The position numbers and the translations under genes were made by a program. The notes beneath the pieces were generated by a model. That model did no database searches. It saw only the letters and a program-made list of their open reading frames with translations, and was not told the origin of the DNA. Positions 56,235 to 64,000 of a stretch of 64,000 nt of DNA are shown piece after piece (position 1 is the first letter of the stretch; every line of letters begins with the position of its first letter). The stretch is from Caecitellus pseudoparvulus (Eukaryota > Protista > Bigyra: Bicosoecida), in assembly GCA_965644315.1 (NCBI GenBank), contig CBFFRQ010000061.1, positions 62,001 through 126,000 of the forward strand. The letters are read 5' to 3'.

Positions 56235-57975
56235 TCACATGCCCGGGGGCCGGGAGGGGGCGGCTTGCGAAGCTGGCGCGACCGGGTATACCGGGTACGC
56301 TGTCGTGCCGCCGACGGGGGGGTATGCGTACCCCACCTGGGCCGGCGCAGGGGCGGCTGGGCCACCGTACGTGGTCATGGGGATGGGGGAGCCGTAGTTG
56401 GGTGTGCGGTAGTCGGAGCCTGCGACTGGGTACAGGTTGCCGCCGGTGGATGGTGGGGCCTGACTGGGTGAAGGGGCAGGGGCAGGGTTGACGTAGATGC
56501 CCTCTGTCTTGGACGTGCCTGGGCCATCTGGCAGGCGGGCCATCTCGTAGGAGGGTGCGCCACCACTGCCACCTGCAGCTGCCGGCGACATGCCAGACGG
56601 CCCTGGGCTTGACGGGCTCACTGGATGTGCGATGGGGACATCTGCCTGCGAGCCACCTGCAGCTGGGGAGGACTGGGGGCGCCCAGCCAGCTCCTTGCGC
56701 TTCTGCAGCGCAAAGGCCACCAGGAAGATGATGCCGACGGCAGCGAGGCCTGCGCCGATCCACCCCAGGGTGGAGGACACCTGATCAATGATGAAGCCGG
56801 GGACGCCGAAGGAGAAGGTGCCTTCCGTGGCACGCAGAGCGACCACCCACGGGTCCTTATCGCTACGCAGTGTACCTTCCGTCGCAGCCACGCTGACGGC
56901 ACGATCGCCAGGGTCCGTGCCGCGCAGCACCTCCACGGGGATAAAGTTAAAGGGAGACAGGGTGGGGTTGTCCTCGGGCGTCAGCAGCACGCTCGGCATG
57001 TTGGCTTCGTCCAGCTGGGCGTGGTCCATCAGATCATGAGGCACCACGGCACAGCCAGCGCCTTCCTTCAGGTCCCACGCCCAGTCCCCAGAGGCAAGCA
57101 GTGTCGGCGTCTGCTGCGGCGTGGGCAAAGGCGAGGACAGCAGGGTTGGCGCAATGCACAGCTCAATGAGCTTGTAAAAGTGCGTGCACAGGTTGCCGCC
57201 GTGCAGGATTCCCTCACAAGCAGGGCAGTTGGAGTTGCCTTGGCATGCGCCGTGGCGCTTAGTGGCGGTGAGGGTCAGGGGCACCTCCACGATGGACAGG
57301 GAGTCGGACGCGTTCAAGGACGCGGGTGGCTGAGGGATGCTGAACCAGGACATTGACAGACTGCTCTGCACCGCCACACCTGGCTGCGACGGCAAGAACT
57401 CGTCAGAGAGCAGGGGCGCGGCCACGGCAAGGCCGCCAGCTGCCATGCGGAAGCGGAGCTTGGCGTCGTCACTGTACTGCTCGATGCCGTTGGGGAACAC
57501 GGCAAGCTTCCGGATCTCCTTGCTGTTGGCGCCGCGCTGAGCGGCGAAGTCCACTGTCACGTTGGCTTCAGCTGTGCAGGGGGCTGTCCCGACAGGGCAC
57601 GCCGCCAAGACCCACTTGCCGTTCTGAGGCTGTTCATCGGGCCGGTAGTTTCCTGTCGCCTGCTCGAAGCGCTGCAGCTCTGTGGCAGTCCAGCTGCCCA
57701 CCGCGTCGTTGTACAGCTGCAGGCGCTCCTCTCGCATCTGCACGATGGCCTCGCGGGTGCCTGCCACAGCTATGGCACCCGCGATGAACATGACCCCACA
57801 GCAGATGGAGCAGCATGAACATGCCTTGATTGCCCAGTGCGTGGCACAGAGAGCCTTCTGCAGCGGGCAGGAGGCGCAGGCAGGGGCAGTGAGGCATTGA
57901 CGTTTCCGCGACACGTCTGCAAAAACCGCAGCTCACAGAGAACGAGACTGTCTGCCCGCCGTTGGTCTGCTGCAT
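56235..57975 (-). CDS. Uncharacterised 2-TM protein with large Cys-containing ectodomain and Pro/Tyr-rich tail
   Basis: ccaccATG at 57975, intron at about 57936-57858, TM1 (ICCGVMFIAGAIAVAG), TM2 (LGWIGAGLAAVGIIFLVAFAL) and a YP-rich C-terminus. Confidence 0.7.
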
Positions 57976-58379
57976 GGTGGATACGAATCAAGACAGGGAG
58001 AAACTAAAACGGGTCTTCAACTTGGCCCCTTCGCCTTCAAACCCGTGACGGCGTGGGTCGCAGCAAGCCTGCGCTGCCAGAGGATGCGCTTGACCGCGCA
58101 AGGGTGTGTGGAGTGGCACGACAGAGGCACGTGTTCGCCCAGGACAGGGTTTGGAGACTCAAGAAGTACTTCTGCATTTACAGGCTCCCCAGTTTATTTG
58201 CGGGCACGCTTCTGTTTTGTCGGACACCGCGCGTGTGGGCGCTCTCGCAAGTGCTGGTGAGGTGAGGTGGCTTTGGCTCGCCCGGAGCCGGCGTTGCGTG
58301 CGGAAGCACAACATACATTCATGAAGTTTCAGCCACCCTGCTCGGACGACAACTAGCAAACCTCCCACGAATGGGCACG

Positions 58380-61300
58380 CTACTCAACAGGCCTGTCGCC
58401 CGGCCTGGGCGACGCAGCGAGTGCTGCTGTGGGGCTGAACGATGCCCTGGCCCGGGCTCCTTCCGCCTGCCGCTTGTAGTGTGCCTTCCTTGCCCGCCGC
58501 CCACTGCTCGCGGGCCGCGCACTGGCAGTGGGTGAAGTCGCATACTGTGCGATCTGGGCCCGCAGCAAGGTACGTCTGGACACGATGCCTTGGCTGGAGC
58601 GGCCAGTCCCGCTGAGTGGCGTGTGGTGGCGCCTGGGCGATGTGCCGGAGTACGTGACACGGCCATCGCCCGCGTGGAGTGACGACAGGCGCCGTGACAT
58701 GACAGGTGCAGCCTTCTTCGGGCCGGCCTCGGCTGGTGAAGCTGACTTGGAGCTGCCGATGAGGGGGTTGGTGTGAGGTGTGCCGCTTGCAGCTGCATGT
58801 GCGGCGACGGCAGCAGGAGAGCCGTCTGCGTGGAAGAGGGCACCGTGTGCACGAAGGGCTCGGTTTCCTCTGATCGGTTTGGAGCAGGAGCAGGTGCAGG
58901 CTTGGAGCAGCGACGGAGCGGGCCGGGCTGCAACAAGGCCGGCTGCTGAGGAGGACAGGGCGTGCAGTGCTGCTGCAGGCGTTGTGGCGTGCGGCATGTG
59001 CTGGAGTGCCGAGAGGAGGTCCGTTGCGGGGGCAGCTGGGCGGGAAGCAGGCGGGGGGCCAGGCAGCATGTGGCGGAGGAGGGCGGTCACGATGTGGAGC
59101 AAGCTCGGCATGGCCGAGTGAGCGATGTCCGCAATGCCGTCGTCCTCCTCTGAGCCTGCAGCTGGACTGGTTTGTGGTGGCATGTGGAGATGCGGGAGGG
59201 CATGGGCGAGGGTGGTGCGTACCCTGACGAGGCCACGGCGCATGGCGGGGCTGTATCCCCTGCACAGCACCAGCAGCATGCTCAGCACCATGGCAGCGTG
59301 CAGGACGAGCACGGCAAGGAGGACAACCGCACGCATGGACGGCAGAGCTGTGACGAGTGCGACGGCCACGCCCTGTGCCAGGACCCCCAAGTGTGCGGTG
59401 GTGTCCAGGTCGTTCAGTTCGCTGAGCGCCCAGGGGCGGCGCAGGGCAAGGGCTGTCGCACCGGCGAGGACCACGGCCATGCCGCAGCTCAGGCGGATCC
59501 AGATGTCTGTGGACAGCCACACACATGCCAGCATGGCGATGAGCTCGGCAGTGTGCACTGTGGCGAAGGCGTGGGTAGGCAGTACGGAGCCGCAGGAGGC
59601 GCACGCAGCCCGGTCTTGGGCGGCAGCATCTGCAGCCATGTCTGCCAGCGTGGCCACTGTCGGGTGGATGGGCTTCGCAGAGGAGGGAGTGGACAGTCGT
59701 GCCAGCACTACAGCTCGAGCGTGGGCGGGGGACAGCTGGCGGCGGTAGCCCTTGCTGCAGAAGGCAGCAGGGGAGGGTGCGCTGCGCTTGGCCCCTGGGC
59801 TGGCCAGCGTGCGTGCGAGGGCGGCGACGCCCAGGGTTCCTGCAAGGGCATGGACCAGTCCAGGTGTCCACACGATGGCAACCGGTCCCAGGGGATCCCA
59901 GGCCCCGAAAGGTGGCGGGCTGCTCACACGTGCAGCCGTGACCAGTGCCGGGTGCAGGAGCTGCATGTACACCGCGACAGGCAGGACGGTGAAAGCAGGG
60001 TGCAGCCGCCCGGCAAAGGTCTTGTGGGCCGCGAGTGCAGCCATGGCGAGGGCAAGGGCAGCGCCAGCAATGGCCACCCGGAGGATGGTGCTGGGGCCAA
60101 TTTGACCTGGGCTGACTGAGCCAGTCCAGCACTGCAGCGCAGGCACGACGTCTGGACTGCCAGCCATGGTTTGCATGGCTGAGCTCGTGTGGGACGACTC
60201 TGTGGCTGCAGGAGCGTCATTTGTGTCTTCGGCGGGATCACAGGCAGCCGTCCACTGCTGCAGCGTGTGAGCAGCCTGCTCAAGCGTGTCGCGCCGCCCT
60301 GGACCCAGTGCAGCCATCTGGCCAGCCATGCCAGCGTACCAGAGCAAGATGCGCACGGCCCCTGAGAACAGGCTCGTGGTCAGGCGGTCAGGCTGCGCCA
60401 GGTAGCGGGCGCCAGTCACGACTCCCAGCCCAATGGCAACGCCAGCTTGGACGCCGACCACCACCGTGGCTGACATGGCGGGAGACAGGCCAGTGTCCGG
60501 GCACCGACTGCAGGCAGCACATGCATCAGGTGGAGCGTACCCCGGCTTGCAGACGTGGCACAGCTTGCCGGTGTGTCCTGGCTGGCACGAGGTGAGGCGC
60601 TGTGGCGTTTGAGACTGCTGGCAGGACTGGTCTCTGGGGCACAGGTGCATGTTCGGTTCCTCTGAGTCGCAGTTGTCAGCGCAGAACAGTCGCCCGGGGA
60701 AGGCGGATGCTAGCGTCCCGTTGGCATGGCAGATGGCCCACCAGGGGCAGTGGTCGCGTGGTGGAGTGAAGGTAGGACTGGGGCTGGTGGAAGGTGTCGA
60801 TGATTGCGTGGAGGAAGGTGAGGGTGAGGGCGTGGCTGTCGCTGTCGCTGTTGATGTGCCAGTGGGGGTGGCCGATGCAGTGGGCGTGGCCGTTGATGTC
60901 GCCGTGGGGGTGGCGGTGCTGGTGGTGGATGCAGTGGGTGTTGCTGTCGATGCTGGTGTGAAGCTGCTTGTGCTGCTTGCTGAGGCAGTGAGCGTGGCAC
61001 TTTGCGAATACGTGGGCGAGGGGGTCGTTGGTGGTGTGGCAGTCGCTGATGAAGTTGGGGTGGGAAGCGGCGGTGGGTCTGCTTCACAGGCGAAAACGTT
61101 GTGTGTTGTGCAGCGTTCGTCATTGTAGAAGAAGTCAAATTCTTGGCGCATTTCTATGCATCGCTCACTGTTGCTGTTTGGTTCACTATTGGCAGTGTAC
61201 CACTTGTTAAAAGTTATTGGCGTGCTATCCCGCCACCGATAGATCTGGTTGTCTCCGACCATGTCAAATCCATCAATCCACAGTCCAGCAGCAAGTGTGC

Positions 61301-61613
61301 TTCCTGAGAAGCATTGACTCTCAGCCTCCGCCTTCAGACTGCTCCACATTGGATTGTTCATTACTCGAAGTAGCCCAACCCCTCCGTTGTTCACACATTC
61401 AGCTTCAGCGTTTTCGTGTTGCAGTGGAGTGCAGATCACTTGCACGCACGCTCCTCGAAGGCAATTGTACGACCCCGGACAATCAAACGGGCAAGTGCCG
61501 CTGCCCGCAACATGTACTGCACAGACTGTCATCAGCGCAAAGGCGAGGCCAGCTCGCTGCAGGGAACGCCAGCCTGGAGCATACTGGCGTTCCCTCGTGT
61601 CGATGCGAGGCAT
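58380..61613 (-). CDS. C-type lectin + Thr-rich stalk + Cys-rich + multipass TM receptor-like protein
   Basis: Signal peptide; CTLD (LWIDG...YRWRD...FNKW...EPN...ERC...YNDERC...FACE); TATPTA mucin stalk; CQPGHTGKLCHVCKPGY; then about 7-9 hydrophobic helices. Confidence 0.75.
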   Translation of the reverse strand: MPRIDTRERQYAPGWRSLQRAGLAFALMTVCAVHVAGSGTCPFDCPGSYNCLRGACVQVICTPLQHENAEAECVNNGGVGLLRVMNNPMWSSLKAEAESQCFSGSTLAAGLWIDGFDMVGDNQIYRWRDSTPITFNKWYTANSEPNSNSERCIEMRQEFDFFYNDERCTTHNVFACEADPPPLPTPTSSATATPPTTPSPTYSQSATLTASASSTSSFTPASTATPTASTTSTATPTATSTATPTASATPTGTSTATATATPSPSPSSTQSSTPSTSPSPTFTPPRDHCPWWAICHANGTLASAFPGRLFCADNCDSEEPNMHLCPRDQSCQQSQTPQRLTSCQPGHTGKLCHVCKPGYAPPDACAACSRCPDTGLSPAMSATVVVGVQAGVAIGLGVVTGARYLAQPDRLTTSLFSGAVRILLWYAGMAGQMAALGPGRRDTLEQAAHTLQQWTAACDPAEDTNDAPAATESSHTSSAMQTMAGSPDVVPALQCWTGSVSPGQIGPSTILRVAIAGAALALAMAALAAHKTFAGRLHPAFTVLPVAVYMQLLHPALVTAARVSSPPPFGAWDPLGPVAIVWTPGLVHALAGTLGVAALARTLASPGAKRSAPSPAAFCSKGYRRQLSPAHARAVVLARLSTPSSAKPIHPTVATLADMAADAAAQDRAACASCGSVLPTHAFATVHTAELIAMLACVWLSTDIWIRLSCGMAVVLAGATALALRRPWALSELNDLDTTAHLGVLAQGVAVALVTALPSMRAVVLLAVLVLHAAMVLSMLLVLCRGYSPAMRRGLVRVRTTLAHALPHLHMPPQTSPAAGSEEDDGIADIAHSAMPSLLHIVTALLRHMLPGPPPASRPAAPATDLLSALQHMPHATTPAAALHALSSSAAGLVAARPAPSLLQACTCSCSKPIRGNRALRAHGALFHADGSPAAVAAHAAASGTPHTNPLIGSSKSASPAEAGPKKAAPVMSRRLSSLHAGDGRVTYSGTSPRRHHTPLSGTGRSSQGIVSRRTLLRAQIAQYATSPTASARPASSGRRARKAHYKRQAEGARARASFSPTAALAASPRPGDRPVE
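60770..61080 (-). repeat. Coding low-complexity Thr/Ala/Ser/Pro repeat (mucin-like stalk)
   Basis: Repeated TATPTAS/TATPTAT units. Confidence 0.8.
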
Positions 61614-62082
61614 GCCACGCCAATACAAGGGGGTGCTTGAACGTCCCAAGATAACTACTTAAGAAAGAAGCCAAGGGGGCTCAGACACCACGTGACCGGC
61701 TCGCTGCGCGTTTTTGCAGCGGCCTGGCGTTGGTGCAGTGCACCGAGTCACAACGTTGGCAGCTGCAAAGTGCCAGGCAAGCTGGGTATGACGCACTGCA
61801 TCCTATTGTATGATTCCACTTAGCACTGTTTGTTGTCTGAGAGTTTATTTTGCGCGAGTGCGTCGTCTGCCAGAATCTGCGCGGCCTTGGGCTTGCAGCC
61901 TGGTGCAGTGCACCACCACGCTTTTTTCTCCCGCTTTAGCGCAGAGTATTCACAGCGATCCTCAACCCATGCCTGGCTCTCATCGCACAAAACCGACTAG
62001 ACATGGTACGTTTTTCACGTGCGAAAGATGCATTGAGAGGCGTGTGTGGCGTTGGAGTTCAACGCCGCACACAACCAGACAC

Positions 62083-64000
62083 TCACCACCTGGATCGGCC
62101 ACGAGAGCTGGATCGGCCTCCGTAGCCGCCGCCACGGCCTCGGCCACCTCGGCCACCACCACGTCCACGTCCTCCACGGCCGCCACCCCGGCCTCCACCG
62201 CGCGCACCCTGGAAGGAGGGCTTGGCCTTGAGCTCCGGCAGCGTCTCGCACTTGGTGATGCCGGAGGTGGGCTCCTCCAGCGCATGCTCGATTTGGGGCA
62301 TGACCTTGGAGGGCAGGTCAAAGACTGCTGCCGTTCCATCGGCGGCCAGGCGCATGCCCTTGATGCTCTCCACAATCTGTTCGGGCAGGTGGCGGCGCAG
62401 GGCGTTCCAGACGTAGCTGGCTGAGCGCATGCCCCCCTCCGCCTTCATGTGCGGGGCGGCTGTGTACTGCAGGGTCACCATGCCGTCTGCGGCGCTGAGC
62501 AGGGACCGGACGGGGAGGGAGTCTGTGTACCCGCTGGCGGCAGCCAGGGCGCGGGCGATGGTGTCCAGGGCATTGCCGTCGCACGCCTCCAGGGCTTCCT
62601 GTGCGGCGTCAGCGAATGCAGAGGCGACCTTGGCGTCCACGCCCACGACGCTGGCGACGGTCTCCTTGGCTGCGACGCCGACGAGGTCCGACACCTGGGG
62701 TGCGCCGATGCGCACGAAAGTGTTCTTGGTGGCGCGCTCGATCTCGCGCAGGACGTGTTCGTCCCTGTGCGTGTACAGCGTGATGCAGGTACCCTTGGCC
62801 CCTGCTCGCCCAGTGCGGCCACTGCGGTGGACGTACGTGTCCACGTCCGCCTTGCCACTGAAGTTGCGCTGGGGGGGCTGTAGCTGCACGACCAGGTCCA
62901 CGCCCTTGATGTCCAGGCCACGCGCGGCGACGTCTGTGGCGACGAGGCACCGGACACGCCCCTCCCGGAAGGCGGTGAGGGTGGTCTCGCGCTGGGACTG
63001 GCTGATGTCGCCGTGCAGGACGCCGCAGTCCACGGTGACGGCGGGGTCCACGCTCAGCTCGTTGGCGTCCTTCTTGGTGTCGCAGAAGATGATGGTGCGC
63101 CCCTTCACACCCGAGTACATGCGGATGAGGTCGTTGGTGGTGCTGGCGCGCACTTGCCAGGGCGCCTGGAGCACCAGGTGCTGCACGTCCTTGCTGGCTG
63201 CGCCAGACCCCTCCACGACGAGGTTGATGACCTTGGGGTCGGTCATGTACTTGCGCGAGACGTCCTTGCACCAGGAGGGCAGGGTAGCTGAGAACAGCAC
63301 CACCTGGGGCTTGGAGCCCGACATGCCCGCGAGGGCCTCTGCGCCGCCCTTCACACCGGACGCAGCGGCCGCCTTGGCGTTGAGGTAGGGGTTGAAGTCC
63401 AGGATCTCGCGCATGTCGTCTGCGAAACCCATGTCCAGCATCTGGTCGGCTTCGTCCAGCACGACATGGGTGAGGTTTTCCAAGTTCAACGTGCCGTTCT
63501 GGGCGTGGTCCTTGATGCGCCCGGGCGTGCCCACGACGATCTCAATGCCGCTGCGCATGGCCCGGCGCTGGGGTTCGTACCCCGTCCCGCCGTACACCAC
63601 CAGCGTGCGCAGGGTGGGGGCGGTCAGCTCGAAGTCAGACGCGACCTGCTTGGCCAGCTCACGGGTGGGTGCCATGACGAGGATGGCGGGGCCTGCGCCC
63701 CCTGCGCGGCGCACGGGGCCGCCTGGCGCCTGCAGCAGCTGTTCAATGGTGGGCAGCACGAAGGCCAGCGTCTTGCCCATGCCTGTGCGCGCACGGCCGA
63801 TGAGGTCTGACCCGCCGAACAGAGGTGCGAAGGTGCTTGCTTGAATGGGGAAGAGGCTCTTGATGCCGCGAGCGTGCAGCGCTTTGACCGTCACGTCTGA
63901 CAGCGGGAAGCGGGACAGCGGGGAGGTCTTGCCACCGATTTCCGCAGCTTTGGAGTCGTCTTCCGAGCCAGAGCCGTCACCGGCAGCGGCAGCAGCGGCC
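62083..64000 (-). CDS. DDX21: DEAD-box nucleolar RNA helicase DDX21/RH7 with GUCT domain (5' end beyond the right edge)
   Basis: LFPIQ, ARTGMGKT, PTRELA, TPGR, DEAD, SAT, LHGDISQSQRE, ARGLD, YVHRSGRTGRAG, RSLL-GUCT and an RGG tail. Confidence 0.93.
   Translation of the reverse strand, partial: AAAAAAGDGSGSEDDSKAAEIGGKTSPLSRFPLSDVTVKALHARGIKSLFPIQASTFAPLFGGSDLIGRARTGMGKTLAFVLPTIEQLLQAPGGPVRRAGGAGPAILVMAPTRELAKQVASDFELTAPTLRTLVVYGGTGYEPQRRAMRSGIEIVVGTPGRIKDHAQNGTLNLENLTHVVLDEADQMLDMGFADDMREILDFNPYLNAKAAAASGVKGGAEALAGMSGSKPQVVLFSATLPSWCKDVSRKYMTDPKVINLVVEGSGAASKDVQHLVLQAPWQVRASTTNDLIRMYSGVKGRTIIFCDTKKDANELSVDPAVTVDCGVLHGDISQSQRETTLTAFREGRVRCLVATDVAARGLDIKGVDLVVQLQPPQRNFSGKADVDTYVHRSGRTGRAGAKGTCITLYTHRDEHVLREIERATKNTFVRIGAPQVSDLVGVAAKETVASVVGVDAKVASAFADAAQEALEACDGNALDTIARALAAASGYTDSLPVRSLLSAADGMVTLQYTAAPHMKAEGGMRSASYVWNALRRHLPEQIVESIKGMRLAADGTAAVFDLPSKVMPQIEHALEEPTSGITKCETLPELKAKPSFQGARGGGRGGGRGGRGRGGGRGGRGRGGGYGGRSSSRGRSRW

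Noticed and set aside
3103-64000. Apparent cluster of RNA-modification/ribosome biogenesis genes (TGS-like, DKC1, METTL15, DDX21)
   Set aside because: Scattered over 60 kb among unrelated genes and acting in different compartments; compatible with chance.

Overview
Gene-dense, GC-rich eukaryotic (protist) genomic DNA. Introns are short GT-AG (donors gtgagt/gtgcgt/gtacgt, acceptors ygcag). Gene content and style suggest a flagellated heterotrophic stramenopile-like organism (inference only). About 22 protein genes can be modelled: ORC3 (cut by the left edge), TGS-like cap methyltransferase, myristoylated CAMK kinase, two leishmanolysin (M8) genes, PKD2-like channel, class I SAM methyltransferase, two ankyrin proteins, AGTRAP-like, UBXN11, two unknown polytopic membrane proteins, LRRC40-like, dyskerin/Cbf5, USP14, RsmH/METTL15, PROSER3-like, secreted nucleoside hydrolase, a 2-TM protein, a C-type lectin multipass receptor and DDX21 (cut by the right edge). 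The standout feature is a tail-to-tail pair of M8 metalloproteases fused to tandem tetraspanin-like membrane units. Their ~2.2 kb 5' halves form near-identical inverted arms (including an intron) interrupted by sharply bounded divergent cassettes. The arms flank a ~3 kb spacer that holds the divergent membrane tails, a geometry that permits gene conversion and flip-flop shuffling. I recognised no tRNA, rRNA, CRISPR array or mobile element. All calls come from motif reading by eye; exon boundaries and some start codons are approximate.
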